From Oopsacas minuta (lineage: Eukaryota > Animalia > Porifera), in NCBI GenBank assembly GCA_024704765.1, contig JAKMXF010000354.1:729690-793689 (forward strand): a stretch of DNA of 64,000 bases, given 5' to 3'. The notes beneath the pieces are model-generated. The model saw only the letters and a list, made by a program, of their open reading frames with translations, searched no databases and was not told the DNA's origin. The stretch's first letter is position 1. The number at the start of each line of letters is the position of its first letter. The position numbers and the translations under genes were made by a program. This document shows, piece by piece, positions 32,863-45,207 of the stretch.

Positions 32863-35800
32863 ATGGCATGGAATTACGTGGTGACAGCTCACAGGTCAAC
32901 AGCTGTCAGTATGGGTTTGACAGGTTACTTCACTCACAGCAAGCAGGACTCTAACTGTACTCTACCTGACCTGGTAGTAGTGAAGGGAAGGAGCTTGAGC
33001 TTCTACCAGCTAGTTAGTAACGGACTCAAGCTCTATCTGGATGTTCCTGTTTTCGCTAAATTCATATGTCTTGAGGTAAGTATTGTAATCTAATTATTTG
33101 TATTGATAATTATGACGTAATGCATTACAGTCCTACCACTTATCTACTACTGGGAAAGATGTACTATGCTTCTTAACTTCTTGGAATTTGATACGTATCG
33201 TAGAGCTAAATGATGATAAGCTAATAACACGAGCACATGGGTGTATTGATGTAATGGGAGGTCAGCCTACTATGCATGCTGCTATAATGCGGATTGATCA
33301 AGAACACGGGATTATAGGAGTAATGGCATTCACTGGGTATCTTCATAAGATATCTCTAAATGCTCCTCTAGCTCAGAAGAAGAAGAATGATACAGCTAAG
33401 TAAGTTATTTTAATACTAGCGCGCTTCGCTTGCCAGGTTGGTGCGTCAGATTTAGCTTAAGTATTAAACAGCTATATTTCTCAGTGCCCAAAAGTATTCC
33501 AAAAATCAGCCCTGGGGGTATTACAGTTTCTTCAATCAATTCCGAACATACAAACATATACATACATACATATATACACATATATTAATTACGTTTAATA
33601 TTATAGATTATATATTACGTCGTTTTATCATTTGTTTAATTATTTAGTTCTACCTCTTCAAGTTTAGATAATAATTATATAAAGATATCAGAATTGACTG
33701 TTGTGGATTTTGTGTTTCTAAAAGGCTATTCATGTGCTACCATAGCAGTGCTTACACAAGCTGTAGAAGGAAGACAGATAGTCACCTACGAGCTAAATGA
33801 GTCTCTCTCTCAAGGTCCTATCCCATCTACTCTAACTTCAGATTCAGAGGCACATCTACTGATACCGCTTACAGACAGTATACGTATGTAATTTGTCATA
33901 AAGTAATTTAATTTGCATATAACGGTTACCAAAGAAACCGGAAAATATCGGCCGTAATGTACAGGTCCCGTTAACAGATACCATCCTAATTTTCATTATG
34001 TCATATCGAATTTTATCCTTATACTGCCTTATTGTATATACCCGCTCTAGCTATTAATGAGAAGACTAATCAAATGAGTTTGTATAGGATTCTCTTGTTT
34101 GTTTCTAACTCATATATGCTTATATATAAATTTATATGAGATCTCAGTTATTTATTGATTCTGTTGTTAGAGGGTCTTCTGGTTGTGGGTCCCACTTTCG
34201 TGAACTATCACAACTCTACAAGTGCAGCGGTTAAGAACACGATACCTAAACTGAGAGAAGCATTCTCTTGCTATGTAGAGATAGACAGCTGTAGATTTAT
34301 CCTGGGTGATGACAGAGGACAGATATACATGCTGCTACTCAATTATGATAACTCTTCTAGAATTGTTAAGGGAATGCATATAGAATGTTTGGGTGTTACT
34401 TGTATTCCTTCATTCCTTGGTTATTTGAGGGAGGCACTATATGTAGGTTCTAAGGTAAAGTTAATATCTCTTTTGTATTGTAATTAATTGGAACTTATCT
34501 TGCTTAAAATTAGACAATTTTCTAGCCACACGTACGTGTAATTGTACGGGAGAATAGGAGAATAGGAAAATTACTTTTCGGCTTCTCATTCAATTTGTTA
34601 CATCTAGTATAATGGGCTAATCTTCTATTATTACTGTGCAGATTCTTATTCTACTTGTTTGTATTCAAATATTTACATACTACATTCTTACTTTATCAAT
34701 AAATACGATTAGATAATTATTTTATTATTTACTTATGACAGTTAGGAGACCCTCAGTTGATAAAGTTCACGGAATTCAGCACATCCATGGTTGTATCAAT
34801 GGAAACAGAGATTGCGAATAACCCTGTAGTGAAGTCAGAGAGATATTTTGAAGTGTTAGAATCTTTACCAAACTTAGGTCCTATAGTTGACATGCAAGTT
34901 GTGGACTTGGAGAAACACGGACAGGGACAGTTAATAACATGTTCTGGTTATAGGTTAGCAACCATATTGGCAGTTAGTTATTTGTACTTTTCATTGTCTG
35001 TTATCCCGATAGGACAGATGGATCTCTACGTATTGTACGTAATGGCATTGGTATTGAGAGCAAGGCTACCATAGACTTGCCTGGTATAGTTAGTGTATGG
35101 ACTCTATCTCTACATAAATCTGTCTTAGACGGGACCACTCAGCTAGAACATGACACTATTGTGTATACCTCTGTGTATAACACATGCTTCTTTAGACTGG
35201 TGGGATTTGATATGGAAGAGTTTGAAGAGACTGAGATGGGAGACCTGGAGTGTAATTCACAATCTCTTCTCATTAGTAATGTCATCCATGGTCAGGTTAG
35301 TGTAAATTTATTTAGAAATTCATCACTGGCATTTTGTATTATTGGATTGGTTGTAATTTGTTTTTAGATTATACAAGTAACCTCTACGTCAGTACGTCTC
35401 CTCAAAGCTCCCAATCTTTCTCTCCTCTCACAATGGCAGCCCCCCTCTGGCCTTCAGATAGACAAGGTAGCTGGTAACACCAGTCAGCTACTAATCTCTG
35501 TCAAAACACATCTTATCTATATTGTAATATCAGATGGAAATCTGCAATCATCAGCTGAGAGAGAGCTACATCATGAAATATCATGTCTGGACATATCTCC
35601 CATACAACCGTTTGGAGAAGCTAATGTTTGCGCTATTTGTTTATGGCCAATTGCTACAATAAATATCCTCTCATTACCAAACTTATCTGATATATCTGTT
35701 ACACAGATTAGTAAGCATAAGAATCCTGGTTCTGTACAGCTATGTTGGGATATGGAAGGAATACAGTATCTTCTCTGCACCATGGATAATGATGGTTCCT

Positions 35801-37716
35801 TACTGTATTATCAGGTAACGTAAATTATTGTTATACGTATATCTATGTCACTATTGATTTGAGATTAATTTATTCAGATTGATCCATCTTGTGGAGCTTT
35901 GTTCGGTGAAAAGAACATAGTTCTTGGAAAAGACCCAGTTCGATTAATTCAATTCTTCTCTCATGGCAAGAGTAACATATTCGCCTGCTCAGATAAACCT
36001 ACAATCATTTATTCTAACAATAGGAAACTTACATTTTCAGATGTTGATCAGCCTAAAGTCATCTGCATGGCATCTCTTAACAATGAATGCTATCCTGAAC
36101 ATTTGATACTGGTTCACTATAATCAATTGGAAATTGGTAAAATCGACAAAATTCAGAAACTGCACATCAGGAAGATCCCTCTCATGGAAACTCCCTATAG
36201 GATAGCTCATCAGGAAGCTACTAAGACTCTTGGAGTGATAACTTGTCGTTATGGCTTGTTTGATATGGAAACAAGCACTGTAACAGATACTACTCGTAGT
36301 GCTAGCGTGCGAGCTCCTATGCGACACAAACTAACTCCAGAAGAGAGAGTAGGTGACAAGTCTATGGCTAATATGCTAGAGCATCAGGACGAGGTGGAGA
36401 TACACTCTCTTCTTATTCTAGATCAGCAAAACTTTGATGTAAGTATGAATACACATAAGTAATGTACATTAACAAGCATCAAATTATAGCTAGCTTTACA
36501 GAGCAAGTCTCCACGTATAATTTATATAAAATTTATATAATATACGTGGAGACTGGCAACAATCTCTATCCACCTACATCACCAAAAGAAGATTATGTTA
36601 TTCCCAAATTTACGAATTGGACAAACAAACAAACAAACACACAATCACACCTATTGCCTTATATTAATATAGATGTATTCTTTATAGGTGCTTATATCTT
36701 ATGAGTTAAATCAACAGGAGTCTGCAGTAAGTATCATTTCATATATTATTAAAAACGTTGCTTACTATATCGTTGGAACTGCTATTGTTTTACCTTTCCA
36801 AGAGGAGCCATCCAATGGTCGTCTCCTCGCTTTCCAAATGAACAACGGTCGCCTGGAATTGTTATACAAAATAGATGTCCCTGGTGCTGTGTACTCACTG
36901 AGAGTTTTCAATGATTTAATTCTATGTTCCATCAATGCTACAATTGCTCTATACACAATTGACCTAGACAATGGATTCAAACAAGTAGGAGTGCACAATG
37001 GATCTGTATTGTCATTAATGTTGAAAACTAAAGGAGACTTTGTTATCGTGGGTGATTTAATGAAGTCAATTACTTTGCTGAATTATCAGAGAGATCGACC
37101 GGATGCGTTCGTAGAAATTGCACAGGATTTTGATTGTAAATGGATGTTATCTCTGGAATTCATTGATGATGATAGCTTCCTTGGTTGTGAAAACTTTTGT
37201 AACCTATTTACTCTAATTAAAAACCCAGACGTTAGTTCAGAAGCTGAACAGAGCAGATTAGTTCAGTTCGGACAGTTCTACCTAGGTGAGTCAGTTAATG
37301 TATTTACTCACGGCTCGTTAGTAATGGATACAGCTGAGAACAGACCTGATTTCATACAAGGTAAATCTATAATATTCGGTGGAGTGAGTGGGAGTGTAGG
37401 ATTGGTTATACCAATCTCTGAAGAGGCTTACAACATTCTTATTGCAGCTCAAACCAAATTTCTCGAGTCAGAATTTACTAAATCTGTTGGTAATATAGAA
37501 CATTTCGACTGGAGGACATATAGGAACCTCCATGTTAAAAAACCTCCCCAGAACTTCATTGATGGGGATGTAGTTGAAGTTCTTTTGGAATTTCCACGCT
37601 CAGATATGACAAATCTGATTTCTGATATTGAGATAAAAGATCAGAAAGGAGGAATAAGGGTAGTCGGCTCTGAGGAAGTATTTAGGATTATTGAAGAATT
37701 AGCTAGATTGCATTAA
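32863..37716 (+). CDS. DDB1: DNA damage-binding protein 1, multi-exon
   Basis: MAWNYVVTAH; ITRAHG; LPNLGPIVDMQVVDLEKHGQGQLITCSG; GSLRIVRNGIGI; IGKIDKIQKLHIRKIPL; VIVGDLMKSI; NFIDGDVVE; EELARLH. Short GT-AG introns separate the ORF pieces. Confidence 0.95.
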
Positions 37717-37913
37717 TGTGTGTGTGTACATTGTGACGTAATTCTTCCTAGTAATTAGAGAATTACGTAATTAAGCGAAGTTAAAAATTTATTGGAATAT
37801 ACAAATATTTAAACTATTTAAAATGAACACAGTGACTATATACAGATGCATTAATAAATATACAAAATTGAGTTAAAATCAACCATTACGTTTCCTTCTA
37901 TCTCCATTTCTCC

Positions 37914-39722
37914 TTAAACTTTACATTGAACAATGTTAGTAATACAGTTATAGATTGTAGCTACAAGAATAAATAAATAAAATTTTGCTCATATTTTTGA
38001 AGAGTATTTTCACTTACAAGTTTCATGTTCAGCTCTGCATCCGCATTCATAAGCTGGTTGCGGTCTATCCTCGAAGTATACAACATATGTGCTCATTGTT
38101 GATAGAATATCTAAGCTGAGAGTCTCGTTATCTAGACTTCCTTCACACCATACCCCTGTAACACGATATCCCTGCAAATACGAGTTTGTTAATATTATTA
38201 GAATACGTATATGTTATTAATTACTAACCTCCATCACTTTCAACAAACTATTATTCCCATTTGGTAGACAAGCATTCCCTGTGTTAGCTCTACAGTTTCT
38301 CCTATTGTGAATACAGGGCCCTAGACTCTCATTTTTTAATGAATTGTTAAGGCTCTGGAATTGTGAATTTAATTGAACTCCTTCATCCTATAAGAGATAA
38401 TGCAAATTAATTCAGAAATATTCTTCCATCATTATAAACTCACTAACCTCTACAACCTCTACTCTCTCATCTAGTGTTGTATTGGTCTGTGTTAGCTGTT
38501 CATTTACTGTTATTATCTATTGGATGGAATATTGATTTCTACAACTATTGCATATTTCAGGTTATATTGATTTCCTTATTAAGTTGCAAAAGTTCATTAC
38601 GTCAATCTTGGCAGTCCACGGATTCGAGAACTTTGTAATTAATCTATTTCTATGAATTTGATCTCAGTAACCTGTTTATATGAACTACTTATTCTAATTC
38701 TAATTTAATTGCCTCTAGCTTACCCGTGTTTCTAATACAGATATTGTATTGGTGAGATTCTCTATCATAGATTTCAATGCGTTGTAGTCACTCTAGATGT
38801 TTGAAGGAGAAATAATTCACTGATTATGTGAATTCTTACAGAAATAGAATTTATCAATACTTACTTGTGCTTGTGTAGTTGGTGTTGCTTCTAGGTTCTT
38901 TGCTTCCAGTAGTGCGATTACAGCTACAGCTGCTACTGCAAGAATGAGAACAATTGTGAGAAGTTGGCAGAGGAAGAGAAGACAGTGTATCGGATATTTC
39001 TTCTGTTTTTTGGTGACAGTTATGTGTCTCACTATAGTATCGTCATCATCTACTTTCATGTTCTTCACATCAGTCATAGTCGGATTAGACGGAGGGAAAT
39101 TAACTATGCTAGAAGAGGCTGTATCCTTCTGTACAAGTCCTCTTTTTTCTAAAGTTTCATAATGTTTGTCCTCTAGAAATGTGCTGAAGGTTTGTTGTGC
39201 TCTATTCTCCAGTGGATCTCGGGTGAATCCTTGCTTTGGATTGTTAGCAAATGGGAGCAAGGTTTGGGGATTCGGTGCAACAATGTTATTCCTATCCATG
39301 GGAGAGAAGTTTCTGGGATGAGGTTGAGGTCCAGGATATGGCGGTTGGATTACTCCATCTCTGCTCATAGATTTAGGTAATAAACTTGGTTTACCGAATT
39401 CAGGTTCATCCCCTGGCAAGAAGTGATACTGCTTCTCAGGAGGTACCTGGTCTGAGTGTTGGGTAATTGATAAGTCTAGACTCCTGCTTGGTGACAGTGG
39501 GGCCCTTACAATATTTCCTTGCATCGGTGCTCCTTGAGACATCTGTCGCTGCTTGAGTAAAGGCTGTAATGGTATGTTTCGTTGGTTTTGAGGATGTCTT
39601 GGATCGTTTGCAAAGTAAAAGTTTGAAGGGTCCATCTCTAAATGATCAATGTCTGAACTCATTTTTTGAATTAATGATCTCTTATCCAAGGACAGGTTGG
39701 AATTGTTCAAGATATTAGCCAT
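37914..39722 (-). CDS. Uncharacterised type II membrane protein (Pro/Gln-rich cytosolic N-terminus, TM, coiled-coil stalk, Cys-rich C-terminal domain); about 6 exons
   Basis: Exon 1 39722-38865 (donor GTAAGT) with TM IHCLLFLCQLLTIVLILAVAAVAVIALL. Two 69-nt phase-0 exons, 38792-38724 and 38516-38448 (heptad-like). Then DEGVQ...PCIHNRRNC...AC..., GYRVTGVWCEG...ECGCRAEHET and STIYNCITNIVQCKV*. Confidence 0.7.
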
Positions 39723-40899
39723 ATGAGAGCTTTGATATATATAAAGATTTGGTTATAACCAGCCTATTATAGCCACAATAACTCCTGGAGATAGCTATCT
39801 TATTACCATCTGATTTGAACCTACTAAGAATGTTGTTATAGGATGAAATTTATATTATTATATACTATGAGTGAGGACTTAGTATCGTAATGATACATTC
39901 CAGAATCATTGCAACTCATTTGTTTAGCTGGCAATATTACAAATTATCTAGTTTGCGAATTATGCCATGCTTTTCAGGAATGTTTCGTAATTTTTATTAA
40001 TTGAGTATCGACTTAATCATGATTATGGAGTTATTCAATAATTCGCAAGAAATACAGAATAATTTGGACTAAGACCTCGTCTGCAGTTTTCAGTACTGAC
40101 GCGTACCAACTTTTCTACTACCCAGGTTATTGTCATTATATTTTTGCGTTATTTAAATACCGATCTCCAGTATAGAATTACTGCTATCTAGCCTAGACTA
40201 CGTAATTACACTATCCATTATTTTATTAATATTAGCCACAAATTTGGAATCGCATTGCTAAATGTAATGACACTACCCGACCTATGTATCTTGCGAACAG
40301 TCTTATGATTACGTAGACATCCAAACTCTATCAGAACGACATGAATATCTAATAACAGTAAGGTTCGCATAGCCATCTTTTGATAAAGGAAAAGTCCATG
40401 CGGATACGTAAACATCATACATTTCCACAAGAAATAAAAGTTTTAGAATATATCCACATGATAGAATAGAAACCGTAGACGGAAATCTACTTAATTTCTC
40501 TTTTCTGGGTTGTTTGCATAATTAATATTTGCAATTAATCAGTATATAAGCTTACTTACATAGATTGGGTCATATTACCTCGCTGCTGTTGACGGATTAC
40601 GTACATTAATATATATTTTAGCACTTGAATCCTACTGCTTACAGTTGTTTTGTGACTTCGGATACAATTATTATTCGCTTACAAAGTTATAATTATTGTG
40701 TACGTATGTAATATTAGCTAATTCATGTGTTGAGGGATTTCTATTCTTTATAGAATTGCATTTCAATGAATATTGGGTGGTTACCAGCTGGTAGATATCG
40801 CATAAGAATAGTTAATTATTATTACTTATGTATGTAATCGATTTACATTAATGATTACTATTGCAAACATTGCTGTATTAGAACTAGCAAAGTAGTAAG

Positions 40900-43800
40900 A
40901 TGTTTTCATTCGTCAACAGAATCCTGGAGTGGTTCAAGAGCCTATTCTGGAAGGAAGAAATGGAGCTGACTCTAGTAGGCCTGCAAAACTCAGGGAAAAC
41001 TTCATTCGTCAATGTTATTGCCGTAAGCTATATACTTAGTGTATTTTTAGTTAATTTCTTTTACATATTTTACCTAACCAAATCCTTATCTACATATTTA
41101 ATACAAGAAGTAATCTATCGATATTCTTCTGGTATTTTTTGTATAATGGCTCGTACTATACAACTGTCTCATTATATGAAAGGGGCAATACAACAGGGAC
41201 CTCCTATCATAATGTTACACGGTCTATTCGGTAATAAACGCAACTGGTTAGACATATCTAGGAAAATTAACAATATAACTAACCGTAGAGTATATGCACT
41301 GGATTTACGTAATCACGGAGATAGTCCACACACCTCTGCTATATCATATAACCTAATGTCTGAAGATGTATACCAATTCCTTAAGGATAATTCTATCAAC
41401 AAGTGTTCTGTTATTGGGCATAGTATGGGAGGGCGTGTAGCTATGGCTCTCTGCTTAGAACATTCTGATATTATTGAAAAGATGGTTGCAGTGGATGTGT
41501 CACCTGATAGATCACCTAATCCGGGGATAGCAACTGCTTGTATCAAAGGAATGCTGAATTTGCCTCTAGCGAAAGTGACTAGTCGTAAACAAGCCTCACA
41601 ATCTATGATAGAATATAGTGAAGATCCTCGTATTAGAGATTTTCTAATGACTAATCTTACCTTAAGAAATGGAGTTTGGAGATGGAGAATTAATTTAGAA
41701 GGAATTGCTAGCTCATTAAATTCTCTTACGTCACTACCAGATTCTTATTTCAAAATGAAATATATGAAACCGTCCTTATTTATAGGTGGAGCTAACTCTC
41801 CTTACCTCTCAGGTCAATCCACACAAATTATTAAAATATTATTCCCAAATTCAGTAATCAGTATTATTCCTGATGCTGGACACTGGGTGCATATTGACCA
41901 GTTAAAATTGTTTGTAGTTAAAGTCAGTGAGTTTTTAGTAGGGACCAAATAACAATACTCCAGTTAGTAAAATTTATTAACCTGCGAATATATGTACTAA
42001 TTATTGTATATTGATATATAAATATATATTAATTAATTGAACTACTACTACTACTCGTATTCTTATCTTTGTTTCGGAACAATTCAATTACTGTCTCTGC
42101 AGCGATTAGGCCCGGGGATCCCATAACGCCTCCACTTGGATGAATGCCGCTGCCGCACTGGAACAGGTTAGCTATAGGGGTCACAGGACCACAGAGGGTA
42201 CGACTGGGACGACACCAGTATAGTTGGTCAAGTGACAGAGCCCCATGGAATATGTTACCCCCTGTGAGTCCAAACACAGCTTCTAGGTCAGGGGGAGTTA
42301 GTATGTCCTTACCCACAACTGATTGCTTGAATCCTGGTGCATAATCCTCAATAGAATTGAACACACAATTGCAGTAGTCTTCTTTCTTACTCTCTGTCCA
42401 TGGTCCGTCTATAGGATTGTACGGTGTATACTGTGTGAATAGACTTATGACGTGAGCACCCTTAGGAGCTAGTGTTGGGTCTAGGGAAGAAGGAATACAC
42501 ATTTCTATCATAGGATAGGTAGATACTTGCTTGTTTTGTCCTTCAAGATATGCCTTGTGTATATCAGTCATAGATTCACAGTTTAGATGTATGCTAGCAC
42601 TATGTATAGATTGCGGCTTATCTGGATGGGAATTGGGTAGACAAGTGAAGTTTGGCAGACATTTGACAGCAACGTTAATCTTAGTAACAGGAGACGTGTA
42701 GTCTATTAAATTTACCTCGTTCTGTAGATGTTTGGGAAGATCTCTCTCCAGCAGCTTAGAGAATGTTACATATGGTGTAGCATTAGACATAACGATCTCA
42801 CTTCTTATCTCTTCTCCATTCTCTAACTCCACACCTATAGCTCTTCCTTCATGCACTAATATACGAGTTACTGTCTTATCTACTTCTATCCTAGCTCCGT
42901 GATGTACTGCACTGTTTGCAATAGCTCTAGAAACTGATCCCATCCCTCCTTCAGGGTACACCCATACATTCTTCCTTCCCTCATACTCCCCCATTACATG
43001 ATGTAGCAATACATAGCTGCTACCTAAACTATTTGGACTTATCATAGCGCCAATAACCGCATCTGTTGCTAGGGTAGCCAGGAGTGGTTCAGATTCAAAC
43101 CACTTACGTAACCACTTTGAAGCTGGTGAAATTAGAAACTCTGTGAATTCAGGTATCTCTCTCAACCCCAGCTTCCTACCTGCTTCTAGGGATGGTCCTA
43201 ACTCGTAGAGAGATTTTAGAGATATACCTCTAGAGAAATCAGCTGGAGCTCTTTCTAGATACGGCTGTATTGCATCTGCGTATTTACATAGCTTATCTTC
43301 AAATGTTGAGTAGCGGTCTGCATCACGGAGAGAGAACTTACTAATCTCCCGTCTGGTCTCATCCACATCCGAGCTGAGAATCAGATAGCGTCCATCTCTC
43401 ATTGGAGTAAAACTGTGTGTGTTACGTTGGTATACTTTCAACCCGAATTTCACTAGCTCTAGTTCTTTTATGATCCTTGGTCTGAGGAGACTGAGTACAT
43501 AGGATGCTCGACTGAACTTGAATCCTGGTATTATTTCTTCTGTCACTGCAGCTCCTCCCACTAAATGTCTCCTCTCAAGCACCAGAACCTTTTTCCCACT
43601 GCGAGCTAGATAAGCGGCTGCCACTAATCCATTGTGTCCTGCACCAATTATAGTTACATCCCACTTATGGCTTATAATAGACTGACTGCTATAACTCCTT
43701 ACTGTATTGCTGACTGCTAGTCTAGTTGTTGTGAGGAATGAACGGAGACTATTGGTGAGAGACATTATGACCTGAGGGGAAATTGAGTGATTTATGTTTA

Positions 43801-44664
43801 TTATTGTTTATTTATTTATTATCACGAATTGCAAGAGGTTATGGTCAGTTAGGATTGACAGCGTTCCGCTCAATTGTATACGATTTACTTCTTATTTTTG
43901 TCTCAATTATATTGTCTTTATCTAGTCAGGACAATTCAATGAAGATATGATTCCAACTGTTGGGTTTAATATGAGAAAGGTTACAAAAGGGAACGTGACA
44001 ATTAAGGTACACTGTTATTAACAATCTTTTAATATTCTCATTATTCTAATTATACTATTCTTTAGATATGGGATATTGGTGGCCAGCCTCGTTTCAGAAA
44101 TATGTGGGAGAGATACTGCAGAGGAGTTCAAGCAATCCTGTTAGTTAACAATAATATTATCATTTGTTGTTTATTTGCTGTTATTTTTATTTTGCTTTTG
44201 TTTAGTTATATGGTTGATGCAGCAGATCATGAAAAGCTAGAAGCTTCAAGAAATGAACTACATGCCTTGTTAGAGAAGGAACAGTTACATGGCATACCTG
44301 TTAGTTACCTGACACACGAATGTTGTACTTATTTATTTAACATGTACTTTCATAGGTTCTAGTTCTCGGAAACAAGATAGATTTACCTAATGTTTATGGA
44401 GAGAGGGAACTAATAGAAGTGATGTATGTTATCTTTCTTATTAATAAATATGCTAGCGACATTATTACATGATATTTGTAGGCATCTTAACGAGATAAAA
44501 GATAGAGAGATTTGTTGCTACTCCATCTCCTGCAAAGAAAAGAGCAACATTGGTTTGTCCCTATTATTTCTATTGTATTTTACAAATAATGCATTACAAC
44601 TCTTCTATATATAGACATAACTCTCCAATGGTTGGTGAAACACTCAAAGGCCAGTAGCAGCTAG
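40900..44664 (+). CDS. ARL8: ADP-ribosylation factor-like 8; 7 exons: 40900-41022, 43926-44006, 44066-44139, 44206-44299, 44356-44423, 44482-44552, 44615-44664
   Basis: Spliced product reads ...[26 protein letters not shown]|[27 protein letters not shown]|[21 protein letters not shown]...[26 protein letters not shown]. All junctions GT-AG and in frame. Confidence 0.95.
41146..41952 (+). CDS. ABHD11: Alpha/beta hydrolase ABHD11-like, nested in ARL8 intron 1 (sense strand)
   Basis: [14 protein letters not shown]; [10 protein letters not shown]; GHSMGG nucleophile motif; AGHWVH. Confidence 0.9.
   Translation: MARTIQLSHYMKGAIQQGPPIIMLHGLFGNKRNWLDISRKINNITNRRVYALDLRNHGDSPHTSAISYNLMSEDVYQFLKDNSINKCSVIGHSMGGRVAMALCLEHSDIIEKMVAVDVSPDRSPNPGIATACIKGMLNLPLAKVTSRKQASQSMIEYSEDPRIRDFLMTNLTLRNGVWRWRINLEGIASSLNSLTSLPDSYFKMKYMKPSLFIGGANSPYLSGQSTQIIKILFPNSVISIIPDAGHWVHIDQLKLFVVKVSEFLVGTK
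42029..43765 (-). CDS. PYROXD2: Pyridine nucleotide-disulfide oxidoreductase domain-containing protein 2, nested in ARL8 intron 1 (antisense)
   Basis: [15 protein letters not shown]; [20 protein letters not shown]; [11 protein letters not shown]; [11 protein letters not shown]; [13 protein letters not shown]; N-terminal transit-peptide-like sequence. Confidence 0.93.
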   Translation of the reverse strand: MSLTNSLRSFLTTTRLAVSNTVRSYSSQSIISHKWDVTIIGAGHNGLVAAAYLARSGKKVLVLERRHLVGGAAVTEEIIPGFKFSRASYVLSLLRPRIIKELELVKFGLKVYQRNTHSFTPMRDGRYLILSSDVDETRREISKFSLRDADRYSTFEDKLCKYADAIQPYLERAPADFSRGISLKSLYELGPSLEAGRKLGLREIPEFTEFLISPASKWLRKWFESEPLLATLATDAVIGAMISPNSLGSSYVLLHHVMGEYEGRKNVWVYPEGGMGSVSRAIANSAVHHGARIEVDKTVTRILVHEGRAIGVELENGEEIRSEIVMSNATPYVTFSKLLERDLPKHLQNEVNLIDYTSPVTKINVAVKCLPNFTCLPNSHPDKPQSIHSASIHLNCESMTDIHKAYLEGQNKQVSTYPMIEMCIPSSLDPTLAPKGAHVISLFTQYTPYNPIDGPWTESKKEDYCNCVFNSIEDYAPGFKQSVVGKDILTPPDLEAVFGLTGGNIFHGALSLDQLYWCRPSRTLCGPVTPIANLFQCGSGIHPSGGVMGSPGLIAAETVIELFRNKDKNTSSSSSSIN

Positions 44665-45207
44665 ATATTGAGTGCTTATTTTTAGCAAATGTCTGCAGCT
44701 CCTCTGTGCATGTGACTATGATTGGAACTCTCTAGTATGTGTATATAGCTACAATTAATTAGCACATGTTATGTAGTAGTTAACCTGTCATAATCTATAA
44801 TCTTTATATTAGTAGATGTTATTAATAATTATAAATATGGAGCAATACCTATAGTTTCCATTTCCGCATGTTTCATACCATATACACCTGTCCTCATATA
44901 CTTTTCATAGATTGGAGTTGTAAGCATTCTTGCTCCAGACTATCTGTGCAGTCTATTTTTGATTTGGACACATTGTCATCTAATTATTATTGTTATAAGC
45001 AACTGAGTGGGGTAGTGGATATCCGAGGCCATTAAATTTGAAGAATCCCATTATTCTACGGAAGCTGAGCTCGTGCTATCACAGACTATATAACAGCTGG
45101 AAAATTAGGATTCCATTGTACTTGAAGGTCATAATAGTCACATTATATAAACTTTATCAAAGGATAGAAATACAAGTATTCCTCTCAAAACTGGCATTCA
45201 ACAAGGA

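Noticed and set aside
33410-33530. CTAGCGCGCTTCGC motif in a DDB1 intron as a Helitron-like end
   Set aside because: No clear hairpin-plus-CTRR terminus or boundaries.
40218-40430. Possible Tc1 transposase or gene fragment (KTVRKIHRSGSV)
   Set aside because: Only a few residues resemble the motif; no TIRs or DDE region; other frames contain multiple stops.
40900-41952. Single 350-aa gene as called by the ORF track
   Set aside because: It combines ARL8 exon 1, intron sequence and ABHD11; the chimera is kept only as a hypothesis under findings.
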